A DNA stretch of 33,738 bases, from positions 1-33,738 of the forward strand of contig JAUCBJ010002376.1 in NCBI GenBank assembly GCA_032718475.1, given 5' to 3'. Of the stretch, positions 22,816 through 33,200 are shown in pieces. Both the position numbers and the translations under genes were made by a program. The DNA is from Nemertoderma westbladi (Eukaryota; Animalia; Xenacoelomorpha). Position 1 is the stretch's first letter, and each line of letters opens with the position of its first letter. The notes beneath the pieces are model-generated. The model ran no database searches. It saw only the letters and a list, made by a program, of their open reading frames with translations, and was not told the origin of the DNA.

Positions 22816-23936
22816 TACACCATCCCCCTTAATACAACAACCATTTTTGGCAAGTCGAGGCACCAACCACCCCCCAAGATTTACTTTGCCAGTTCGTACT
22901 GTACTAAAAACAGTTTTACATTTCACTCAAAATTGTCTTCAGTTTAACGTTTAAAACTCTCCATCTTGTTTTTTTCATTACTCGTAAATTAATATTCTAG
23001 AATTGAGTAATAATACATTCGAATTAATGGCATATCCTAATATTATTATTTACGCGTCAAAATGTTGATATCTGAGGCCCCCCTCACACGGAGCAACTTG
23101 TTTCTGCAACTTGTTTCTGAAACTTGTTGCTGGACCCCCTCACACACAGAAACAAGTTGCTGCAACTTGTTTCTGCAACTTGTTTCCGAAACTTGTTTCA
23201 GCAACTTGTTGCTGGACCCCCGCACACACTGAAACTTGTTGCTCAAGAAAATAACAATTATTTCAAAACAAATAGCTAACATTTCCAGTCATTTATATAT
23301 AATATCAAATCACTCAATTTATCGAATATTAGCTCTAATCTAAAAATTGGATGTAAAAAAGGTTTTTTAAAAAGTTGCTGGGTATATAACTTCCAGCAAC
23401 TTGTTGCTGGACCCCCTCACACACAGAAATAAGTTTCGGAAACAAGTTGCAGAAACTTGTTGCTGGAGTCCTCACACACAGAAATAAGTTTCGGAAACAA
23501 GTTGCAGCAACAAGTTTCTGTATGTGAGGGGGTCCAGCAACAAGTTTCAGAAACAAGTTGCTCCGTGTGAGGGGGGCCTGATAATATCCCTCTCTGGAAA
23601 TTATTGGTGAAAATGAAAACTGTTTTCTCTCATTCGAAATTTGCAGGAAGGTGGTTCTAATGATGTGTACAGTTCACAGTAGATGACATTTAAAGGGTGA
23701 AAATTAAAGCCAATAGAGATGGCTAAATATTGATAAATAAGCATTTTTTTTATCGGTTTGTTGTAGCTAAATAATTTTAAATTGAAAAATCCGGCCCAGC
23801 CAGCAGTAAGAAAAGATGTCGAACTATCTTCATACCAAATTTGGTAACATTTGATTGAAATTTGAAAAAAATTAGGGGGGGGGGGGTGCTCCGACTTGCT
23901 AAAAATTGGTTGTTGTATTAAAGGAAATGGTGTGTA
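22816..23936. mobile_element. TIR DNA element hosting a nested Harbinger MITE
   Basis: ~50-bp imperfect IR tacaccat...ttaatacaacaacca..ttt.gcaagtcg / cgacttgctaaaaattggttgttgtattaa...atggtgt. Confidence 0.7.
23076..23578. mobile_element. PIF/Harbinger-type MITE with subterminal (gcaacttgtt)n repeats
   Basis: TIR ggcccccctcacacggagcaacttgtttctg / cagaaacaagttgctccgtgtgaggggggcc; 3-bp TSD TGA/TGA. Confidence 0.88.
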
Positions 23937-24372
23937 ATGTTATTTGCATCGAAATTAAGGCAACATAAAAGGAATTTTCTGGAACATCACTGCTCAAGTT
24001 TCACTAATATTTTTAAAGAATATATTTAGAATCAAGGCAATCGTAATATTGCGATGGCGTGGTTGGAGAATCCAAGGCGTACTAACCGATAGCTAACTTG
24101 TAAATTTTACGGAATTTAATAGGTAACTTGAGTATCAAAATTACACGGTAAACACAGTGAAATATTTGTGTACATCAAAATCTCTAATATTTTGTGAAAA
24201 TTATAAACATTTTTCATAGCTTTCCCCTGTATTTTATTTGTTGGTGCTGATTTTAATTACAGTTGTGTTTGCTTATGTTTGGGCTGCATTCTACTCTATT
24301 ATGATTTGTCCTAATGTGTTCCACAGTGTTCTGTAAAATGATATATTTTGTTGGTGTTAAAATTATAATAAT

Positions 24373-26721
24373 ATGAGTAAAAGAAGAAGAAAATCAGTTA
24401 GTTTTCAGTTGACAGAAGCCTCGAATGGTACATGTTCAAGTTCTGAGTTAAGCAGCGTCAGCAACGAAACTATCCCTGAAACTACCATCGATCCTATCTC
24501 TGATGAATTTGGACGTGAGGTCTCATATTCTACAGCACGAGACGAAATGGATTTTCCAGAATACTACCCAGGTGATTTCCATGTGTTTAGAGATTCCCAC
24601 GGTGACATTAGTTTCCATCCAGCGGTGCCATTAAAAACTGTTCAAATGCAATGGAATCGCAGAATACGTGAGTTTGTTTTGGATGATACACATAAGAGTG
24701 AGTCCGAATCATCAAAAACACTTTTCACAGAAAAGTGGGAATATTTGCTTTTACCAATAGGGTTTGCAGTAGGAACTTCAAATGTTTTAAAATTTCCATT
24801 CGAGATGAATACACACGGCGGATTAGTTTTTCTCTTTCAATTCACTTTTTGGTACCTGCTGTTGGCATTACCTCTCATGACCCTAGAAATGGGCATTGGT
24901 CAACGTTTTCGGCGTAGTATCATTCTTTCGTGGTATCAAATAAATCCATACTTCTTGGGAATTGGGATAGCCAGTGCAACATTGGTTTGCTTAACCGTAA
25001 GTATCTACAATGTTGGGGTGTCCTTTTGTTTTTACTATTTATTCATGTCGCTACAAGATCCTCTCCCATGGCGGATTTGTATTGCAGATGAAACAATTAC
25101 TTACAATGGTGATTTGTGGCATATAAATGAAAGTTCAGTAAAGTGTCTGCAGGAGACAAATTCTAGTGAGTATTTCTATTACATCACTTCACTGAATTTA
25201 GCTGCAAATATTTATGATTACAAACCGCCATATATTTCTAAAAGTGTATTTGGTTTCAATACAGCTACCTGGATATTGATTTTTATATGTTTACAAGGGG
25301 GGTTTCAGAGATCGGCATTAATTAGACGTTTTACCGTTCCATATTGGATGATAATGTCGATAGTAACATGCATATACGCACTCTTTTCCAATGGTGGAGT
25401 GGATGGTCTCGAATACCTGTTTAAACCTTCATTTGCTAAACTTATCAGTATGAAATCGTGGTATACAGCTATGGTTCGGGCATTGTTTAGCTCAGGAGTA
25501 GGTTATGGCAGCTATATTTGTTTCAGCGGTTTCCAGCCACGATCAAACAACTTTTACAGAGATGCTCGAATTGTGGCAAGTGTCGATTATATCATGTCTA
25601 TAATATTCGCTGTTACTATCTATGCGACTCTTGGAAGAAAGGCCTTTATTGAGGCTGAGTTGTGTCGCGAAACTCAAGCTTCTAACTGTTCTACTAACAT
25701 AACTCATTTACTACAGAGTTATACATCTGGAGGTGGAGATTATATAGCCTTCATGCAAGTATCGGACATGTTTGAAATGATAAATATGTCTCAATTTTGG
25801 TGCGCTGCCCACTTTGCTATTCTGGCATTTATTGGAACTGATACAGTGCTTGCAATGGTGGAAGTTATTAGCACCGCTGTACACGAAACCAAATTATTGA
25901 TGAAAATTAACTTCAAGTTATGGTTGTTCATTCTATGTGTAATTCTATGGTCAATTGGTTCAATATTTACGTTACAAATTGGGAAATATCTCAGCGACGT
26001 AGCAGATACTTATATCTATTTAACAACTTCTATAATGTCCATGCTAACTGCTTTATGTATATCATTGTCTGCCAGTGTCTTCAATCGTTTGATTTTCGAC
26101 TTTGAAACGATGACAGGAAATAAACCACAAATATATAAGATGATTGTTTGGAAATATTTTTCACCAATAATCCTGTCAATGATGACTGTTAGTGAAATTA
26201 TTGGACATTTATTACATGGGCACAAATATACACCATATGGTGCTTTACACTCTGATGATGATTTGGGAAATCTAGAAGTAGATGATCTCCCAATTTACAC
26301 TGATATATGTGGCTACACGATGGCCTTCTTCATATTAATTTGGATTCCTATTCTTGCTCTCTTGAATTACCGTGGGAAACTCAAAAATTGCGAAATGTTG
26401 AAGAATTATTTAGTGTTTCCCGAAGGAAGATTACGCGATATTCATAGTTTGGGTGAAAAACACCTAACTAGCCTGGAAGCTACCGTTTTGTTTATGTCAA
26501 TTCCTTTAGAAAATAAACTTTGGAAAGGTAAAATTCGCCACAAATTCTATCGCAGAAGAACTTCTATCCCATTTGATGGTCGATATGGTCTTCAGATCAG
26601 TTGGAGTTCAGGTGAAAGTAAAAAAGACGAAACGAAGAATCCTCCAAATGTAGAAGTTGAAGAGGAAGAATCTTCCCAATATGTAACTGCTTCAGAATCT
26701 TTATCAGATAATGATAAATAA
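24373..26721 (+). CDS. Intronless, divergent SLC6 (neurotransmitter:sodium symporter) family transporter, most like the amino-acid/orphan subfamily, 782 aa
   Basis: KWEYLLLPIGFAVGTSNVLKFPF, GGLVFL, LPLMTLEMGIGQRFRR, PYFLGIGIA, DPLPW..C, SEYFY, GLEYLFKP, NNFYRDA, WKYFSP; about 12 hydrophobic segments; AATAAA after the stop. Confidence 0.92.
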   Translation: MSKRRRKSVSFQLTEASNGTCSSSELSSVSNETIPETTIDPISDEFGREVSYSTARDEMDFPEYYPGDFHVFRDSHGDISFHPAVPLKTVQMQWNRRIREFVLDDTHKSESESSKTLFTEKWEYLLLPIGFAVGTSNVLKFPFEMNTHGGLVFLFQFTFWYLLLALPLMTLEMGIGQRFRRSIILSWYQINPYFLGIGIASATLVCLTVSIYNVGVSFCFYYLFMSLQDPLPWRICIADETITYNGDLWHINESSVKCLQETNSSEYFYYITSLNLAANIYDYKPPYISKSVFGFNTATWILIFICLQGGFQRSALIRRFTVPYWMIMSIVTCIYALFSNGGVDGLEYLFKPSFAKLISMKSWYTAMVRALFSSGVGYGSYICFSGFQPRSNNFYRDARIVASVDYIMSIIFAVTIYATLGRKAFIEAELCRETQASNCSTNITHLLQSYTSGGGDYIAFMQVSDMFEMINMSQFWCAAHFAILAFIGTDTVLAMVEVISTAVHETKLLMKINFKLWLFILCVILWSIGSIFTLQIGKYLSDVADTYIYLTTSIMSMLTALCISLSASVFNRLIFDFETMTGNKPQIYKMIVWKYFSPIILSMMTVSEIIGHLLHGHKYTPYGALHSDDDLGNLEVDDLPIYTDICGYTMAFFILIWIPILALLNYRGKLKNCEMLKNYLVFPEGRLRDIHSLGEKHLTSLEATVLFMSIPLENKLWKGKIRHKFYRRRTSIPFDGRYGLQISWSSGESKKDETKNPPNVEVEEEESSQYVTASESLSDNDK

Positions 26722-27580
26722 TTTAATGAATAAATATTGAATAAAGATAATTTAATAAATAAATATTTAAGTAGAATATCTTTCATTTGAAACTTTTCTT
26801 ATTTCCTACTTTAGTTTGAAGCAATTTTCATCACCAATAAAAATGGAAACTCAATTTAAATTAGACATAATCAGCCACAGGTAGGCCCTACAATTAAGTT
26901 ATTTAATTAAATTTGAAGATAATTAAATTCAGTCATTAAAAGATTTCATGGGATGTCAGTAAATAGAAGATTAATATTTATTAAATATAATTAAACAAAT
27001 ATATTATAAATAATAAATCAATGTATCGATAAACCTTCATGGGCGGGATAACGTATTGTAGTATCCGAAATATTGTTCTAAATTATCCAAAAACTTTTAT
27101 TAAAATCAAATTCGCGGAAACGACGCCTTTAATAAAAAAAATCCATGATTGGTGTAGATAATCTCAGCGTAGTCATGGAAGCGATATCGATTCCAGATCC
27201 GGTTTAGTTACCAAGACTCCCATGACATGACTTACAAAAATTTGTTTTCGAACAAGACATGGTAGGATGCTCTATCGGTAGTGCCTTGTTTTTGGAACGA
27301 AAGACGTGAAATTTAAACTGTTTCTCTTAAATGCACCCCGGTACCGGCCTACAGATAACATCATACAGTATTTACTTAGTGCAGTGTTCACCCATCTATA
27401 CAGTCGATTATCATATTATGTAATATAAAAATAGTATCCCTAAAAATGCTATAACAAGCATTCCTTAGCAAAGTATAGTATAGTATTTAATTATATGTAA
27501 ATTTATATTTTTAATATTGATGATTTTCATGTAAATTATACGTTTACTAAATTGCTTATCTTTAGGTATTCGGGAAGAAA

Positions 27581-27638
27581 GTTGGGGTCTTACTCCTTAG
27601 TTGGGGTCTTACTCCTTAGTTTGGGTCTAACTCCTTAG
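27581..27638. repeat. 19-bp tandem repeat x3
   Basis: gttggggtcttactcctta twice, then gtttgggtctaactcctta. Confidence 0.9.
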
Positions 27639-28559
27639 ATCATAAATGAACATACAGTAGATTTGAGTTTACCCATCGATTTCCGCCCCTGAGGGTCTTC
27701 TTACAGGGTATTAATTAATTAATTTATTCCAGAAACATGATCAAACAGCAGTAACATCGAATTAAACATACCGTAAAACTACAGAAACATGTCCTATTTA
27801 GGCCTACAGAACTACAGTAATTAATCTTTGTTATCGGTAAATTTTGTACCGTGGCCTAAATGTAATATGAGGACTTTAACAAAAACCTACTAAATTAACG
27901 TGAACTATTTCTAATTTCCAAAACCCTAAAAATTCCATAATACTGTAATAAAATAATAAATTTTTCCTACAGTAATACTGTATCTCTCAACAGTCTGACA
28001 ATATAATACGTACTGACGTAAAACAAACCGAGCTGCAAAATAAACAGCACTAACTGCTAATAGGTTCGATTTGACTACCGGTAGCAGAGGTAAGGAGTAG
28101 GCCTAAGGCATTGCCCCCATGGCTTCACATAGCATCCTATGGGCTTCCTACAGCATATTACTTATTTAAGTTCAGTTTCATTGCACCAAATATTAATTAG
28201 GCCAACTAAAAAGAAAACAGGATTGGTAAGACCAGTGGTCAATCTATGTAGGATTGGTTAGGAAGGTATTTACTAGAGATCCATAAAGAATACTCATATA
28301 TGCTATATTTCTCGGGTTCACGGTCCTACTTACTGACTTATTTCAGAACAAGGCCATCTAAATAACAGGCCATGACGATGACAAGGACCTATAAAATAGG
28401 ACCTGAAAAATAGAAACCTAGGACCTGCAAAATTATTGTAGGCTGACTGCTGAATTATCAAATATTATATTTTCCACGAATGCAGGGTCCATTATTTAAA
28501 AGGAGATAACTAGATTTTCGTAAAGAATTTAATTGAAAAGTATTTAATAATTAATTAAT

Positions 28560-29150
28560 TAATTATCGCTCGAGTTCCTGCAGCTTTTATTTGTTTGCGG
28601 CTGCCTCTGGCTATGTTTGTGGCAGGAATGTTTGAACGCTAATAAGTCAGTCAATCGTGGATGAAATAGAACCAAACTTGGTACACATGTAGTCTATCAA
28701 AAATTTAAAAATTCTATACACAGAAAGGCTTCTACAGTTACTCTGTCTGCCGCTAGGGGGCGAATTAACAGAAACGTAAAAATAGCAGTAATTATAGAAC
28801 CAACCACCAGATTTATCTGAAAGTTTGTAGCAGTAACCTACGAGCATCGCATAATTAGAAACTATACACACAAACAGACTTTTACACATCTGTCTGCCGC
28901 TAGGGGGCGAATTGACAGAAACGTAAAAAAAAGTAGCTGTAATTATAGAACCAACCATCAGATTCATCTGAAATTTCGAAATTTGGTTGCAGTAACCTAC
29001 GAGCATCGCATAATTAGAAATTCTACACACAGACAGACTTTTACACCTCTGTCTGCCGCTAGGGGGCGAATTGACAGAAACTTAAAAAAAAGTAGCTGTA
29101 ATTATAGAACCAACCATCAGATTCATCTAAAATTTCGAAATTTGGTAGTA
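28560..29150 (+). mobile_element. Helentron/DINE-like element with ~150-160-bp tandem units, truncated by the LTR insertion
   Basis: accaaacttggtacac motif typical of DINE/HINE-type elements; three units each with tctgtctgccgctagggggcgaatt (28750, 28897, 29056); left boundary approximate. Confidence 0.6.
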
Positions 29151-29154
29151 ATAA

Positions 29155-30215
29155 TGTAAGCGGATTCAATTCCCTGCACTACCCAGCGGAAAATGGGCAA
29201 AGTGGCATTTTACCAATTATAGTTGAGAAGGTGACATTACCAAGATAATGTCACCTAATAACCAACTTAAAGGCGATTCACATTGCCAGCCATAAGAAAA
29301 GTTGAGAGGTCATAAACCATCTCAAGGGGACAAAGGGGCTAGCAAGTGGGGATAGTGGCAACAGGGTGTGGCGAGATGGAGATTAATTAGGTTTGCAGAA
29401 CATGAGAACAATTAGAAGTACAGGTAATTAGAACGCATCCATTGGCCAGGCCACTCAGAACAGTAGGAGTAACTAATATGTGTTGGTAATATAACCGTTG
29501 TACATATTGATTATATTATTATATTGACGGTTTTTAACCGTCGTCACTACCGTGCTATTATATTCTGATTGTGCTATTATTACGATCTGACATTATTAAT
29601 ATCATACACTATAACTCAGTTATTACAACGGCATCAGCCTTAACATTCAGACTACAGCCTTTCAGCAGCCTACGGACGCGGCGTGTTAGCTTATTCAATC
29701 CCGCTAACACCCCATAAAGTTGTAAGCCGATAAGCAATATTGGGAGCCACGAGATTGGGCAATTAACCAACTCGTGCCATCCCAATAAGAGTGGGAAGGA
29801 AGCACACAATAAAGGGTCAGGGGCCAAACCCCTAACCCAGAGAGTACAGGTGGAGTGAACGGGAACACTCCACGGGGCGCCAACAAGGGTATCAACCAAT
29901 CAGAGGGGGGCAAGGCATCGATTGAGTAGAGCAGTAAGGCCACCGTGCAATATAACCAATAACACAATGTCAGTAATTCAGTTATCTCAGTGCAGTGTAG
30001 GTTAGTTAGTTTAGATAGGGGAGCACGGGACTTTAGTTACCGTATCCCGCCTTCCGTATATTATATTACAGTCATCATATCTATATCTTATACCTATCAA
30101 TTATTATACACCGAATATCAGAACTCATTCACTATTTCCGTTTACTCTTTATACACGGCGGGGACGCGTAAACTAAACACCGGATAAATCGGGATCCCTC
30201 CTGGATCCCGTCACA
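29155..30215 (+). mobile_element. 5' LTR (~1061 bp) of a BEL/Pao-like retrotransposon
   Basis: Begins TGTAAGCGGAT where the tandem unit breaks off; ends ATCCCGTCACA (imperfect terminal IR, TG...CA); gag ATG 68 nt downstream; 3' LTR outside the window, so boundaries are unconfirmed. Confidence 0.7.
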
Positions 30216-30283
30216 GTAACTAAATCAGCTGCCGCCCTAGATAAACTCAATAATCAACTAGCACCGAAATCTGCAGAAGAGAG

Positions 30284-33200
30284 ATGAGTCAGTCAGGTGA
30301 CACGACACCGACGCGGACCCCGGACGAAGACCTAACGATCCGCGAGGCCGCAACCAGGCGATACAGGCCCACAACGCCGGACCCATCGGTAACGGGTCAT
30401 CCGGCAGTTCAAGAGGAGGGGGGCCTGGAACCCGAGGTCGAACCGAGAGAAAGAGAGAGCGGGACGGAGGGAGACGGAGACGAGTCGACACGGGACGGGG
30501 GTCGACGCACCGGTGTCGCCGGCCAGCCACAGGCCGAGGGCGACGAGCGGCCCGCCGAAACGGCGACGGTGGGGCCGACGGTGCGGCCCCGGACGCAGAG
30601 AGACGGAGGAGACATCGGTACCGATGTCGCCGGCCAGCTACAGGCCGAGGGCGACGGACGGCCCACCGGAACGGCGACGGTGGAGCCGCCGGTACGACGT
30701 CGAACCCGGAGGGACGGAGGAGAGGTCGGCGACGAGGACGTCGGGGTTTCAGAGCGACTTCGACGGGCCTACAACGCGACCCGGAAGCTAATAAAGGACG
30801 CCAAGAAGGAAGGGGCGAAGGTAGACGAGGTGAGACTGAGAAAGCGACTAGGTGAGTCGGATAGACACTTTAATTACCTAATACGTTTTGGGCAGAGAGA
30901 ACTAGCCGAGGAGAGAGCAAAAGGGGTTGCCGGCGAACTGTTTGAACTATGGGAGTGTGGGAGTATGGAACCTAGCGTAGCGCCAGTGTACATAGGGCCA
31001 TACTTGGTCGATGCCCGGGGAGCAAAATTAGTGGGTTGGAGGGGACCCGAGGGGGGCGGATCCGAGGTTAACCCCGAGGATTCGGCCTCGTCGGTCGGAG
31101 AAAGTTCCGGGAAGCGGGGGAAAGTTAGTAGGTCGGGAAGGCGGAGGGGGTCCGCTGTAACCGATAAGTCTGCTACATCCTCCGCGAAAGAAAGAGTGGT
31201 GAGAGAGATAGGTGCCGCATACCGTCTCAGCATGGTAGAACAAGGTCAGAGGGAAATGGAGGAACGGTTAGAGGAGGGGAGAGTGCGGTTAGCGAGGGAA
31301 GCGGCATTGATTAGAGAAACCGGAGAGAGGGCCGAAAGGGCTTTGAGAAGCCTTAGGGAGTGTGAGGAAATAGAAGAAAAGGAGTGTAGGGAGCGTGAGG
31401 CGAGGGAGGATAGGGAACGCAAAGAGCGTGAGGCGAGGGAGGATAGGGAACGCAAAGAGCGTGAGGCGGAACGCAAGGAATATGAGGCGAGAAGGGAAAA
31501 GGAACGCAAGGAGCGCGAGGTGAGACGAAGGGAGAGCATTAGGAGTGTGGCGGAGTCGGCCGCCCGGGACACCCAGGAGTGTGAGAGGAGAATGGCAGAG
31601 GCTGAACGAGAGCAAAAGGAATTAAAGAGACGCCAGAATGTGCTTGCGGAAGATAAGATTAGACGGGCGCACGAGTTGCAACTGGTGCAAACGTCGCCGT
31701 CTGAAAGCGGGGCCGGCTCGAGTATTTTTGGGGAGCCGGGGGCCGTAGATACATTTATTGATACCCCACTGACAGGGACCGTGCGACAAACCCAAGACTG
31801 GTGTGACCGTACGGGCGGGGGGGGGGGGGGGTAATGACAATAATGATACAGTAGACGTTGTTAATGTTGATAGTACCGTATGGGACAACTCTAATCAAAC
31901 CTTTATTACAGGGAATACTTTACCTAGTGGTAGTAATTTAAATTTAAATCAGAACGTTCCTAATATTAATGTAGAAAATAATTCTAATATTAACGTAGTT
32001 ACACAAAATAATTCAAATAATTTAAATAATGATCCAAGCCCGAATTTACAAAATAATTCAAATGATTTTATTTCGAACGAACAAATTAATTTTATTTCGA
32101 ACGAACAAATTAATTTTATTTCGAACGAACAGATTAATTCCGTTTCCAATATGGGTGCTATTAACGTAAACACGTCGGGCGTGTATAGCCAGACAGACGG
32201 GGGCCTGGTAGGCCACGTAGTTGGTAGGCAGGGGGTGGCTGGGTTGAATAGACCCAGCGAGGGCCTGGTAGGCCACACAGTCAGTAGGCAGGGAGTAGTT
32301 GGATTAGATAGACCCAGCGAGGGCCTGGTAGGCCACACAGTCGGTAGGCAGGGAGTAGAGGGCCTGGTAGGCCACGCAATAGCAGAGAGAGAGGCGGGGG
32401 TGAATAGACCCGACCGCGGTAGGCTTGATGTGTCGACTGGAGAGGGATATAGTAGCGGGGTGAGGAGTAGCGAAGTTAGATGTGGCGAGTGGGGGGGGGG
32501 GGGCTACGAGAGCCCCACAACAGCGAGTTAGCGGCGAAAAGGGGGGGGCAGAGAGTGTCCCACAGCCGTCAGCGGATAATGCGAGGGCCGAAATAGGTAA
32601 ACCGCAACAACCGGCGACGGAAAGTAATAGGGGGATTGCGAGTATCCCCAGCGGCGTGCGACCGAGCAGGGAGAGACAGGTTGACGTCGTAAGAGGGCGG
32701 ACGAAGCGTCGAGCCCGATCAGAAGAGGGAAGAAGAAGAGTGGGGTTTAACCGGGAGGTCGGCGAGAGATCTCACGAGCGGGAATACTCCACTGAAAGGA
32801 GAAGAAGAGAAGACAGTAGTAGAGGTATCGCCGCGAACGATAGAAGAGCGAGGACGGATAGCGAGCCGTCGGTAGTTGAGATGAGAACGGAGAGTCAGTG
32901 GGGTCGGACTCCGGGAGATTGCCGTCGCCCCGGAGAGATGCGACCCGGCGAGGCGCACTACGCGCCGAGAGAGGGGTACGCGATGTACCGGTACGAAGAT
33001 GAGGACAGTAGAGAGGGGGGTCGAAGAGAAACTTTCCGACGGGATGTACCTACCGATCGAGAATACGGTAGCCGCGGGGAGGATTATTCGAGAAGAATAA
33101 ACTTCAATCCCGAACAACACATGCAGACTGTAGGACATACTTACTGCACATACCATAGGCCATACTGAGAGAGGCAATGTAGGCGATAGGATAGCGTGGA

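Noticed and set aside
23046-23556. ORFs in the 23.0-23.6 kb region (similarly 28647-29030)
   Set aside because: Translations of MITE subterminal repeats and tandem units
27581-27638. Telomere-like repeat
   Set aside because: The unit is 19 bp, not a short TTAGGG-type repeat, and there are only three copies
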